53,169 bases of DNA from Candidatus Omnitrophica bacterium UBA6249 (GCA_002441305.1 DJVT01000001.1:2328-55496); one strand, 5' to 3'; shown: positions 36,313-45,434, numbered from the stretch's first letter. Notes: generated from the letters alone by a model not told the origin. A program made the numbers and translations.

Positions 36313-36328
36313 GTTAGACTTGTCTAAC
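36313..36328 (+). promoter_or_regulatory. Operator GTTAGAC-TT-GTCTAAC (copy 1 of 3)
   Basis: Perfect 7-2-7 palindrome overlapping a TTGACA(36293)-16-TAGACT promoter, 36 nt before the dtxR-like ATG. Confidence 0.6.
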
Positions 36329-36363
36329 AATAGAGATCGATGAGGGCAGCGGCGGGGGAGAAG

Positions 36364-36819
36364 ATGAAAAAAGTAAGCTCCAGCATGGAGGATTACCTGG
36401 AGACGGTTTATTTCCTGGAAAAGAAACACGGGTTTGCCAGAGTGAGCGATATAGCTTCCAGGATCGGGGTGAAAAAGCCCAGCGTCAACACGGCGTTGAA
36501 GAATCTTGCCGGGAAAGGGCTCCTGGAGCATGAGAAATACGGCTCCGTATCCCTTACCAAGCAAGGCAGGGACCTGGCCGGTGAGCTCCAGGGGAAGGAA
36601 GATATACTTTTCCGTTTTCTTACCGAGTATTTGTTTATCGAGCCAGGAACAGCCAGGGAGGAGGCCTGCAGGCTGGAGCATTCCGTGGGGAAGATCACTC
36701 TTTCCAGGCTGACAAGCTTTTTTGCCTTTATCGAAAGCGTGCTTGCCGGCAAATCATCCCCGGATGGCCCGCGCTCTCTCGAGCTCCATATGAAAAGGGG
36801 ACGTAAACAGTTCAGGTAG
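36364..36819 (+). CDS. DtxR/MntR-family metal-dependent transcriptional regulator
   Basis: MEDYLE.VY.L........RVSDIA..IGVKKPSV......L...GLL......G...LT..G pattern. Confidence 0.85.
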   Translation: MKKVSSSMEDYLETVYFLEKKHGFARVSDIASRIGVKKPSVNTALKNLAGKGLLEHEKYGSVSLTKQGRDLAGELQGKEDILFRFLTEYLFIEPGTAREEACRLEHSVGKITLSRLTSFFAFIESVLAGKSSPDGPRSLELHMKRGRKQFR

Positions 36820-36851
36820 GGTGAGGAAATGGAAAATTTTTTGTTCATGAT

Positions 36852-36867
36852 GTTAGTTATGTCTAAC
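36852..36867 (+). promoter_or_regulatory. Operator GTTAGTT-AT-GTCTAAC (copy 2 of 3)
   Basis: Same GTTAG-N6-CTAAC frame, 31 nt before the permease ATG. Confidence 0.5.
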
Positions 36868-36897
36868 TTAATAAGACGCAGGGAGAGGGATTAGCTT

Positions 36898-37803
36898 ATG
36901 CCTATCGGCGGGTTTATGAATTCTTTCTGGAGATACCTGCTGGAGGTTGCCCCGGCTTTGCTTTTGGGTTTTGTAATCAGCGGGGTGGTGCATGAGTTTA
37001 TCCCGGACTCTTGGGTGGAGAAACACCTGGGCGGAAGGGGGATGAAAGGAGTCCTCTGGTCAACCTTGGTGGGCACGGTTGTCCCGGTTTGCTGCTGGGG
37101 GTGCCTGCCGATCGCCGTGAGTTTCCGCCGTAAAGGCGCTTCTTTAGGTCCTATCCTGGCCATACTTATCGTTACTCCCGCCACTTCCATTAACGCGCTT
37201 TTGGTAACCGCTCAACTTTTGGGGTTTAAATTTGCCATTTATTTGTTCTTTACCGTGATACTTATGGGCTTACTTGCAGGTTTTATCGGCAATAGGATCG
37301 CCTTTGGCAGGGGGGAAGGAAGCCTTAGGCCCGAAGGATGCGCCTGCAAAGAAAAAGAAGAGTGCCATTGCAGCAAGGAGAAGAAAAAGAACCCGTCCGC
37401 CAGGTGTTTATCAATCCTTAAATACGCTTTTGTAGAAATGCCCAGGGAAGTCGGGAAGGAAGCTCTTTACGGCCTGGCGCTGGCGGCAGCCGTGGATTCC
37501 GTTATGCCGGTAGGCTACTTGATAAAGAATTACCTGAAAGGATGGGCGGGGTATGCATTCGCCCTGGTTTTCGGACTGGCGACATTTTTTTGCGCAACAA
37601 TGGGAGTGCCGGTCGTGGATGCCCTTATCCGCCAGGGGCTAAGCCGGGGGGCGGGATTTGTCCTGCTTCTGGCCGGGCCGATCACCAGCTATGGCACGAT
37701 TTTTGTCTTAAGGAAAGAGTTCGGATGGAAGGTGCTGGCGCTTTATCTTTCCCTGGTAAGCGTTCTTTCGCTGCTTGCCGGGTACGCGTTCAGCCTTTCC
37801 TGA
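36898..37803 (+). CDS. Putative metal permease (PF03773/ArsP-DUF318-like) with Cys/His-rich loop
   Basis: Multi-TM, VPVCCWGC motif, cytoplasmic loop EGCACKEKEECHC. Confidence 0.65.
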   Translation: MPIGGFMNSFWRYLLEVAPALLLGFVISGVVHEFIPDSWVEKHLGGRGMKGVLWSTLVGTVVPVCCWGCLPIAVSFRRKGASLGPILAILIVTPATSINALLVTAQLLGFKFAIYLFFTVILMGLLAGFIGNRIAFGRGEGSLRPEGCACKEKEECHCSKEKKKNPSARCLSILKYAFVEMPREVGKEALYGLALAAAVDSVMPVGYLIKNYLKGWAGYAFALVFGLATFFCATMGVPVVDALIRQGLSRGAGFVLLLAGPITSYGTIFVLRKEFGWKVLALYLSLVSVLSLLAGYAFSLS

Positions 37804-37819
37804 TTTTTTTAAAGGAAAA

Positions 37820-37835
37820 GTTAGAATAGTCTAAC
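37820..37835 (+). promoter_or_regulatory. Operator GTTAGAA-TA-GTCTAAC (copy 3 of 3)
   Basis: Same frame, 15 nt before the feoA ATG. Confidence 0.55.
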
Positions 37836-37849
37836 AAAATGGAGGAAAT

Positions 37850-38080
37850 ATGGAGAGACTGCTGCATGAACTTAAGCCTTCTGCGAAAGGGAAAATCAAA
37901 TCGATTGAAGGGGAGGCGGTATTGAAAAAGAAGCTTCTTGATATGGGAGTGGTGCCGGGAAGCGGGATAGAGGTGTTGCGTGTGGCTCCTTTCGGCGACC
38001 CGGTAGAGGTAAGGATAAAAGGCTATAACCTGTCTTTGAGAAAAGAGGAAGCCAGGCGCGTAAATATCGAGGTGGGTTAA
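37850..38080 (+). CDS. feoA: FeoA family protein
   Basis: L.L..L..G..G.I..........L..MG..PG..I.V....P.GDP pattern. Confidence 0.85.
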   Translation: MERLLHELKPSAKGKIKSIEGEAVLKKKLLDMGVVPGSGIEVLRVAPFGDPVEVRIKGYNLSLRKEEARRVNIEVG

Positions 38081-38081
38081 G

Positions 38082-38306
38082 ATGAAAAACCTGTGTGATG
38101 TCAGAGACGGGGAGGAAGCGGCGGTACTTTTTATCCACGGGGGCAGGATGGCGCAGCAGAGGCTCGTGGAATTGGGCATACTTCCCGGGGAAAGAGTGAG
38201 AATGTTCCATAACAGCGGCGCAGGCCCGCTGACTGTCAGGGTAAAAGGGTCAAAGCTTTCTATAGGGCATGGATTGGCGCAGAAGATAATCGTAAGGGAG
38301 GAGTGA
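38082..38306 (+). CDS. feoA: FeoA family protein (second copy)
   Basis: L.ELGI.PG..V.......GP pattern; adjacent to feoB. Confidence 0.8.
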   Translation: MKNLCDVRDGEEAAVLFIHGGRMAQQRLVELGILPGERVRMFHNSGAGPLTVRVKGSKLSIGHGLAQKIIVREE

Positions 38307-38307
38307 G

Positions 38308-40395
38308 ATGGGATTAAAAGGAAGGTTGATGGTAGCGTTGGCGGGAAATCCGAATTCGGGGAAATCTACTATATTCAATAATCTGACCGGGGCACGCCAG
38401 CACGTGGGGAATTATCCCGGGGTGACTGTGGAGAAAAAAGAAGGCAGGGTGGTTTACCGGGATTACGAAATAACCCTGGTTGACCTGCCCGGCACCTACA
38501 GCCTGTCGGCGAATTCGGAAGATGAAATGGTGGCCCGTGACTTCATTGTTAACGAAAAACCGGATATAGTCGTGCATATCGCCGATGCCTCCAATCTGGA
38601 GAGGAATCTTTACCTATATACGCAGCTTAAAGAGCTGGAGACTCCCGTGGTATTGGCGATGAACATGAGCGATATAGTGGAAAGGCGCGGTTCGCATATC
38701 GATTACGGGAAAATTTCCGGGCTGTTGGGCAGCCCGGTTATCCCGACAGTAGGGAACAAAAACAGGGGCATGAAGGAGCTCCTGGATTGCATAGTTGATT
38801 TTTACGAAGGCAAATTGGAAGGCGGGAAGACGGCAATCGACTATGGCGAGGAGATAGGCCTGGAACTTTCCAAATTGAACGGGCTGCTCGGCAGGTCTTC
38901 CGGTATCCCTGCGGAATACCCGTTGAAATGGCTGGCAGTCAAGATGCTGGAAAATGACGCATGGGTAAACAAAATTGTCGCGCAGATCCCCGGCGGTCCG
39001 GCAATACTGCTGGAGGCGGAAAAGAGCCGCGTCCATCTTAAAAAGCATTTTTCGGATGACCCGGAAGTAATTATCGCGGACAGGAGGTATGGGTTTATCA
39101 GCGGAGTATGCGCCGGGGCGCAAAGCCGGACTGCTGAGGAGAGGCATGAGCTGTCCGACAAGATAGATAAGATCGTATTGAACCGTTTCCTAGGCCTGCC
39201 GATCTTTGCGGCGGTAATGTATGCGATTTTTAAGTTTACTTTTACTTTTTCAGAGCCGGCGGTAGCCTGGCTGGAGAACCTCATCGGAAAGCTTGGAGAG
39301 TTTGCCTCTGCCGCTATTCCCGAAGGCCTTACGCGTTCATTCGTGGCCGACGGCATTATCGGCGGGGTCGGGGGAGTGCTGGGATTTTTCCCGCTTGTAC
39401 TGTTCATGTTTTTTGCCATCGCATTTTTCGAGGATTCCGGTTATATGGCGCGCGCGGCTTTCGTGATGGACCGGATCATGCACAAGTTCGGGCTCCACGG
39501 CAAGTCTTTCCTGCCGCTGATGATTTCCACTAACGGATGCGCAGTGCCGGGGATCATGGCTTCCCGTACCCTGGATAACAAGAGGGACCGCCTGATTACC
39601 ATGATGGTGACGCCCTTTATGATCTGCGGAGCAAAGCTCCCCATATTCGCTTTATTCATCGGGGCTTTTTTCCCTTCCGAAGAAGGGGCCAATATGATGT
39701 TCCTGATGTACGGATTGAGCGTGGTGATCGCGCTTATTTCCGCCTGGGCGCTTAAGAAATTCGTTTTTAAGGGAGAAAGCTCGCATTTCGTAATGGAGCT
39801 GCCGCCTTACCGGGTACCGACCATACAAGGGCTGCTCCTTAAGATGTGGGAGAGGGGATGGCTTTATTTGAAGAAGGCGGGGACAATTATTTTGCTTATT
39901 TCCATAATAATCTGGGCAGGTTTTACCTTTCCGGAGATACAGCCCGGGGATGGAATGAGCGAAGAGGCGGCGGCTTCGGCCCAGATGGAACAAAGCTTTG
40001 CCGGAAGAGCCGGTAAATTCGTCGAACCGGCGGTACGCCCGCTGGGAATGGATTGGCGGGACGGTGTAGCCCTGATGGCGGGGGTGGCGGCAAAAGAGGT
40101 CGTGGTGAGCACTTTAGGGACTATCTACAGCTTGGGCGAAGTGGACCCCGAGGAGGCGGAGCCGTTAAAGGCGGCGCTTCAGAATGATCCGTCATGGAAT
40201 CCGTTGAAGGCTTTAGCTTTCCTGGTGTTCTGCCTTATTTACCTGCCGTGTTTTGTAGCAATGGCGGTATTTTACCGGGAATCCGGGCCGAGCCTTAAAT
40301 GGACATTGTTCCTGATTTTCTGGACTACCGTATTGGCGTGGTCAGGCGCTTTTATCGTCTACCAGGGAGGCAGGCTGCTGGGTTTCGGAGGATAG
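38308..40395 (+). CDS. feoB: Ferrous iron transporter FeoB
   Basis: G-domain GNPNSGKST, DLPG, NMSD; C-terminal polytopic membrane domain. Confidence 0.95.
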   Translation: MGLKGRLMVALAGNPNSGKSTIFNNLTGARQHVGNYPGVTVEKKEGRVVYRDYEITLVDLPGTYSLSANSEDEMVARDFIVNEKPDIVVHIADASNLERNLYLYTQLKELETPVVLAMNMSDIVERRGSHIDYGKISGLLGSPVIPTVGNKNRGMKELLDCIVDFYEGKLEGGKTAIDYGEEIGLELSKLNGLLGRSSGIPAEYPLKWLAVKMLENDAWVNKIVAQIPGGPAILLEAEKSRVHLKKHFSDDPEVIIADRRYGFISGVCAGAQSRTAEERHELSDKIDKIVLNRFLGLPIFAAVMYAIFKFTFTFSEPAVAWLENLIGKLGEFASAAIPEGLTRSFVADGIIGGVGGVLGFFPLVLFMFFAIAFFEDSGYMARAAFVMDRIMHKFGLHGKSFLPLMISTNGCAVPGIMASRTLDNKRDRLITMMVTPFMICGAKLPIFALFIGAFFPSEEGANMMFLMYGLSVVIALISAWALKKFVFKGESSHFVMELPPYRVPTIQGLLLKMWERGWLYLKKAGTIILLISIIIWAGFTFPEIQPGDGMSEEAAASAQMEQSFAGRAGKFVEPAVRPLGMDWRDGVALMAGVAAKEVVVSTLGTIYSLGEVDPEEAEPLKAALQNDPSWNPLKALAFLVFCLIYLPCFVAMAVFYRESGPSLKWTLFLIFWTTVLAWSGAFIVYQGGRLLGFGG

Positions 40396-40590
40396 ATGAT
40401 GGAGAGAGCGGTTATAATTTCAATCGTGTTTTTAAGCGCGGCCCTTCTTGCCTGGCGCCTGTTAAGGATATTCAAGGAGAGCGATTCTCCTTGCTGCGGG
40501 TGCGGGAAAGATAAATGCTGCGGGAGCCGGCAGGAGGGCAATCATCCACTGCCATCCGAATGCGTACCCGGGGATTGCGCGGAGAAATGA
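40396..40590 (+). CDS. FeoB-associated Cys-rich membrane protein
   Basis: Single TM followed by CCGCGKDKCCG. Abuts the feoB stop. Confidence 0.7.
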   Translation: MMERAVIISIVFLSAALLAWRLLRIFKESDSPCCGCGKDKCCGSRQEGNHPLPSECVPGDCAEK

Positions 40591-40778
40591 CTATCAGGGA
40601 GAGTAAAAGCGGCAGGGGGAAAAGCGGCCAGTTGCGTTGTGATTGCGGCAGGCTTTGCCTTGTGGCCGGAAAATACGGCTATGAGTTCAAGTGCCCGCGG
40701 TGTAAAAGGATGCATTTTATACCGTATGCACCAGGGATGGTTTGTCCCCGGGAGGACGATGAGCGTAAACAAGAATAA
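40587..40778 (+). CDS. Small zinc-ribbon protein (63 aa), Mu Com-like C4 arrangement
   Basis: ATGA overlap with the previous gene. LRCDCGRL...FKCPRCKRMHFI (CxC...CxxC). Confidence 0.5.
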   Translation: MTIRESKSGRGKSGQLRCDCGRLCLVAGKYGYEFKCPRCKRMHFIPYAPGMVCPREDDERKQE

Positions 40779-40822
40779 AAGATAGTTAGGGATAATAAGT
40801 TCAAAAGAGGTCAGAGATCCTG

Positions 40823-40860
40823 AATCCAGAACCCTTGAGCAGACGGGTTCTGGATTTTTA
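40823..40860 (+). terminator. Intrinsic terminator of the feo operon
   Basis: AATCCAGAACCC / GGGTTCTGGATT 12-bp stem followed by T-rich sequence. Confidence 0.85.
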
Positions 40861-40870
40861 TTGGATAAAA

Positions 40871-43735
40871 ATGTTTAAGTTCGGGAAGAAAATTATTTCA
40901 TTTTTAATCTGCTGCAGCCTTATCTGGCAGCAGAGCGGGATTTGCCAGGCTGCAGGAGAAGCAGACCTTTCCGGGGTTTTTACCGGGTCCTGCGCTGCGG
41001 TGAACGGGAAATACCGAAGCGCGCATTTAAGGGGAATCTCTTATGATGCGTCTTTCGGCAAGCTGAGATTGCTGCTGGAGAGGGGCGAAGCGGGCGGTTT
41101 AAAGGATGAGAGCTCCGAATTATTCAAGTATTTCCTGCTTGGGCTGGCGCTTCCCGGAAGTTCTTTCTGGGTAAACTTAAGCCCGGGCGGCAAAGATGAG
41201 ATCATCGATCCTTTTCTTGAGGCCACGGACATGGGCAGGCTGTTTCTTGAATCCGATGTAAGGCTTAAGAAGGATACCGCGCGCATGCTCTCCCCGGAAA
41301 CAGCGGAGGGGAGGGAGTACTGGGAGAAGTTTTACCGGAAGGCGGAAGAAATCTACGGTTTCCAGGCCCCTTCCTTTTCCATAAATACGCGCACTTGGAT
41401 TGTCCCGGATGAAATCATCATCAGGGAAAACAAAGACTCGGCTTATATATACAAGGCAACCCTGAAGGTGATGCTGGAACAGGATTATTTGGGCATAAAA
41501 GGGAAAGAGAGTTATAAAGATACCCAATGGGGGGAGCTTAATGAATATTCCGCCGGGTTGATGCGAAAATCGATCATCCCCGGCTTGAACCGGAGAATAA
41601 ATAATTCTCAGGAATACGCATCTTTACGCCAGATTTATTATTCTTTGATTATGGCGCAGTGGTTCAAGTCCAGATTTGCCGGGGAGGAGGGGGAATACTG
41701 CGCTCTTATCGACAGCAGGGATCTTAACGGGTTAAGGTCTGCCCGCCGCTGGTCGAAAGACACCTATTTTTCCCAGTACCGGAAATCCTTTAACAAGGGT
41801 GAGTTCGAGATAAAAGAGCAGAGGTATGGTTTTTCAGGACGGGTTTTACGCAGTTACCTGAGCGGGGGGATAAATATCGCGCCGGTCATCCGGAGCGACA
41901 ATGTCGGCAAGCAGGTTGTTGACCGTAACGGCGGCAGCACGCTTCTTTTGAGCGGTTGCGGAGAGGCAGTGGGCACGGGCAGGGAGGTCAGGGTTGAGAT
42001 AACATCCGGCAGGGAAGCCGGGATGGTTGACGGAGAAGGGCCCCGGGGCAGTCCTATCGCGCAGGAAAAAATTGCTGACGGCACAAATAATAATTCTTCC
42101 GGCGCCCTCGGGGGAATAGGCCGTAAGATAACCCGCGGCCTGCTCATCGGGGCGGTTACCCTGATGCTCCTTTTTATCCCTTCTTCTTCAGTCCAGCGTT
42201 TTGATGCCCCGCCTGATTCTGCGCCGGGCATTACCGCAAGTTATGATGAGTATGACCCGGATAACCCCCGGGAGGTCCTGGAGACACTGGAGGATTATCA
42301 AAAAAGGCTTATCCAGGCCGAGGAGACGATAGAAAAACTGGAGGAGGAAAACGCTCTCCTTCTCGGCGGAGGAGAGGAGGCGGTAGAGGAGGGCGAAGAG
42401 GAGGAAGGGGGAGGGAATAAATGGCTGCTGCTTGGAGGAGGAGCCATTGTATGGGAAACCCTGCATACGCTTATTTTATTTTTTGCAGGCCGTCTTTCGA
42501 CAAAGCTGAAATTGAAGAAGAAAAAGGCAGGAGGACAGGAAAAAAGCGGGGAAGACGGGCACGGGAATCATAATCATATCGAGGAACTTATCTCAAAGTT
42601 TAAGGCCTGGAAAGATTCCCGCCCGGGAAGGAGGAAAGTGGATATTCCGCAGGGGGATAATCCTAAGGCTGGGATAAGCGAAGAAGAGATAGGGATAGTT
42701 ATCGAGTCTTTAAGGGATTCCGGGACCGCTTATGGGGCCAGGCTTGTTTCTTCTAAAAAAATAGATTTAAGATCGAGGATACGTTTTATCCATGATGAAA
42801 TCGGCTTTGATATCGTAAAAGGAGAGGGCAGGGGGCTGCTTGGCAGAAGAACCAGCACCTTGAAAGCGCAGAAGATATTGCTTGAGAGCCACGGGCTGCC
42901 TCTCAATACGCCTAATTTTCTTTTATCAAGGGAACATTTTATCAAAGAAGAGTTCAAGAAGGCCGGGAGATTGCCGGGCTGGAGCGGCCTTAACGCAGGG
43001 GAAAGGCTGGCTTTATTACACCATTTTTGCGAGGTGTACGGGTTAAGCCCTTTCCGGGCGGCGGACAGGCGGTGGTCCGGCCTGCTAAGTTATTTTAGCC
43101 TTCCGGACGACAGAATAGAGTATACGTGGCGCGCAATAGATCTTATCCAAAGATACGAGCTGTCCCGTTTCAGCGCCGATCCGGATCTCCTCAGGACGGG
43201 GTTCCGACTTTCCAAAATAAGGGCTGCTGTCCAGGCTTTGGGATCGCCTGTTACAAATTCTATGGAATCTTACCTTAGTCCCGAAGGATTCGAACTTTAC
43301 AGGGAAAGAGAGGGCGGAGAATCCCGTATGGACGGGCGGAAACGCGGGGAATACGGAGGTATCGATTTACGCAGCCTTCCCATAAACAGGCAGGCGCTGG
43401 ACAATCTAAGCACGGCCGGACTCCCCGCATCAGCCGACCGACTCGAGACATTGAATATCAACCGGGAGCTGCGCGATATTTACAGATTGATTGACGCGGG
43501 GATAACGCCGTCCCCGGAGAGGATACGCGAGTTCGTTCAGGCTTGCTGCTTAAAGGATGAAATCGCCACTAACCAGGACAGGATCATGCGTTGTATAGCC
43601 GAAATAATAAGGTTGGACGAGGAGAGGCTGTGCCCGACAGATATTATGCTGCGGGATATTCTTGTAGTGCTTGAGTCGAGCAGGAACAGCCGGGAGTTAA
43701 GGGGCGCTTTTTTCGGCATGAGCGCCGGGAGTTGA
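40871..43735 (+). CDS. Large envelope protein (954 aa), unassigned: signal peptide, ~350-aa exo-domain, two TM helices flanking an acidic coiled coil, ~450-aa C-terminal region
   Basis: Signal MFKFGKKIISFLICCSLIWQQSGICQAAG. TM LLIGAVTLMLLFIPSS and WLLLGGGAIVWETLHTLILFFAG. EEAVEEGEEEEGGG acidic tract. No catalytic motif recognised. Confidence 0.6.
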   Translation: MFKFGKKIISFLICCSLIWQQSGICQAAGEADLSGVFTGSCAAVNGKYRSAHLRGISYDASFGKLRLLLERGEAGGLKDESSELFKYFLLGLALPGSSFWVNLSPGGKDEIIDPFLEATDMGRLFLESDVRLKKDTARMLSPETAEGREYWEKFYRKAEEIYGFQAPSFSINTRTWIVPDEIIIRENKDSAYIYKATLKVMLEQDYLGIKGKESYKDTQWGELNEYSAGLMRKSIIPGLNRRINNSQEYASLRQIYYSLIMAQWFKSRFAGEEGEYCALIDSRDLNGLRSARRWSKDTYFSQYRKSFNKGEFEIKEQRYGFSGRVLRSYLSGGINIAPVIRSDNVGKQVVDRNGGSTLLLSGCGEAVGTGREVRVEITSGREAGMVDGEGPRGSPIAQEKIADGTNNNSSGALGGIGRKITRGLLIGAVTLMLLFIPSSSVQRFDAPPDSAPGITASYDEYDPDNPREVLETLEDYQKRLIQAEETIEKLEEENALLLGGGEEAVEEGEEEEGGGNKWLLLGGGAIVWETLHTLILFFAGRLSTKLKLKKKKAGGQEKSGEDGHGNHNHIEELISKFKAWKDSRPGRRKVDIPQGDNPKAGISEEEIGIVIESLRDSGTAYGARLVSSKKIDLRSRIRFIHDEIGFDIVKGEGRGLLGRRTSTLKAQKILLESHGLPLNTPNFLLSREHFIKEEFKKAGRLPGWSGLNAGERLALLHHFCEVYGLSPFRAADRRWSGLLSYFSLPDDRIEYTWRAIDLIQRYELSRFSADPDLLRTGFRLSKIRAAVQALGSPVTNSMESYLSPEGFELYREREGGESRMDGRKRGEYGGIDLRSLPINRQALDNLSTAGLPASADRLETLNINRELRDIYRLIDAGITPSPERIREFVQACCLKDEIATNQDRIMRCIAEIIRLDEERLCPTDIMLRDILVVLESSRNSRELRGAFFGMSAGS

Positions 43736-43762
43736 GGACACGCGGGGAAGGAGGGCAGGAAA

Positions 43763-43963
43763 ATGGGTGAAGGCAAGATGCTGGTGAAGAACCAGCCGCT
43801 GGGGAATGTTTTTAAATGCCCCGGAGGCATCGTGCACATAAATGTAGGCGGGGTATCCCTGCATTTTGAAGAACATGTGTTCCTGGAATTCGCCGGGATG
43901 GTAAAAGAAGCGTCATCCAGATTGATCGACGAAGGCTTAAAGAGCATTCTGGAGGATGGATAA
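43763..43963 (+). CDS. Hypothetical small protein (66 aa)
   Basis: GGAAGGAGG RBS; 27 nt after the 954-aa gene. Confidence 0.5.
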   Translation: MGEGKMLVKNQPLGNVFKCPGGIVHINVGGVSLHFEEHVFLEFAGMVKEASSRLIDEGLKSILEDG

Positions 43964-44072
43964 TATACGGAAAGGAGGCACCATGAAAGAAGAAGGGGGT
44001 CGGATAGGCCCAGATGGGAAAACAGGGTAAAGATTATATTGCTAAAACTTGTCAATGAAGGAGGTAAATGAA

Positions 44073-45434
44073 ATGTTCTTAAGAAGCATATTAAGCTGCA
44101 GTCTTGTTTTAGGGGTGCTGGCCACAGGCGTCCCCGCGTTCGCGGATGAGGGGGCGACTTCGGCGGAACTCAAGAAGATGAGAATCCGCCTTGAGGCGCT
44201 TGAGCAAAAGGTGGCCGAGCAGGATTCTTATATAGCAAAGCAGAGGACTGAATCCGCAGGTCAGAAGGAAAAGATCGCCCAATACGAGTCCCAGCTTTCC
44301 CGTTTCGAGGAAAACCTGCATCGTATGCCCGGTCAGCCTATCCAGTTGTTAGAGGGGCTGGAGTTGGGTGTGGGGGGTACGGTTATCCTGCAGGGCGCGG
44401 ATAACAGCAATTACCGCGACGGGGATACCGAGAAATCCTCCCGGGCGGATGCCTCGTATTCGGCGGATGTAACTCTTTCCAAGGAGTTCGAGGAGGTAGG
44501 CGGCAGGGCATTTTTGCATCTTGAGGCTGGCCAGGGTTCAGGGCTCGAAGACAACCTTATTGTTTATTCCAACGTGAACAGGGATGCCGGAGACAGCGAG
44601 GCCAAAGCCGAACTTACCGAGTTTTGGTACGAGCAGGATCTTTTTAAGGATAAGGCGGTTGTCACTTTCGGTAAACTCGACTCAAGCGCGTATTTTGACC
44701 AGAATGAAGCCGCTAATGACGAGACCAGCCAATTTCTGGGGAGGATTTTCCGTAACTCGCCTGTTATCGAGTTTCCGGATAATGGAGCCGGAGTGCGTTT
44801 TGCCTGGCTTCCCGTTGACTGGCTCGAGTTGGGATACGGCGTATTTGACGGGACGGGGAGTTGGGAGGATATAGGGGACAGCCTGTTCAATATCGGGCAG
44901 GTCCATTTTAAAACAAACCTTTTCGGCCTTTCCGGCAACTACCGTTTTTATGCCTGGAATAACAATGCGGACCATATAAAATGGCTGGATTCGGGCAAAA
45001 CGAAAGAATCATCTTATGGCCTTGGTTTGAGTTTCGACCAGAAGCTGAATGATGCGGTTACCCTGTTTGCCCGTTACGGATGGCAGAACCCCGAGGCGTA
45101 TAATCCCGAAATAACCGCCGCGGACGGCTCGAATTACTCTCTCGAGCAATCCTGGAGCGCAGGCTTTCAGGTAGAGGGCGCTTCCTGGGGCAGGGAGAAG
45201 GATGTGTTCGGTTTTGCTGTAGGCCAGATCATGCCATCCGATGACTACAAGAAGGCAAATAACCTGTCCGCCAAGACCGAAGGGCATCTGGAGGCCTATT
45301 ATAATATACACATTAACGACCATCTTTCGGTCAGCCCGGATGTGCAGTACATCTGGAATCCTTACGGTAAAGATGTAGCGGGCAATACGGGAGGCATATT
45401 CGTAGGAGGATTGAGAGCGCAGGTGGATTTTTAA
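44073..45434 (+). CDS. Outer-membrane porin (OprB-like beta-barrel) with N-terminal coiled coil
   Basis: AGGAGG 8 nt before the ATG. Signal ending PAFA. Heptad region ELKKMRIRLEALEQKVAEQ.... Alternating beta-strand pattern. Terminal ...RAQVDF (C-terminal Phe). Confidence 0.65.
   Translation: MFLRSILSCSLVLGVLATGVPAFADEGATSAELKKMRIRLEALEQKVAEQDSYIAKQRTESAGQKEKIAQYESQLSRFEENLHRMPGQPIQLLEGLELGVGGTVILQGADNSNYRDGDTEKSSRADASYSADVTLSKEFEEVGGRAFLHLEAGQGSGLEDNLIVYSNVNRDAGDSEAKAELTEFWYEQDLFKDKAVVTFGKLDSSAYFDQNEAANDETSQFLGRIFRNSPVIEFPDNGAGVRFAWLPVDWLELGYGVFDGTGSWEDIGDSLFNIGQVHFKTNLFGLSGNYRFYAWNNNADHIKWLDSGKTKESSYGLGLSFDQKLNDAVTLFARYGWQNPEAYNPEITAADGSNYSLEQSWSAGFQVEGASWGREKDVFGFAVGQIMPSDDYKKANNLSAKTEGHLEAYYNIHINDHLSVSPDVQYIWNPYGKDVAGNTGGIFVGGLRAQVDF

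Noticed and set aside
40835-40870. TTG-initiated N-terminal extension of the large protein (966-aa version)
   Set aside because: The extension is encoded by the stem-loop and T-run of the feo terminator. The ATG at 40871 gives a textbook signal peptide.
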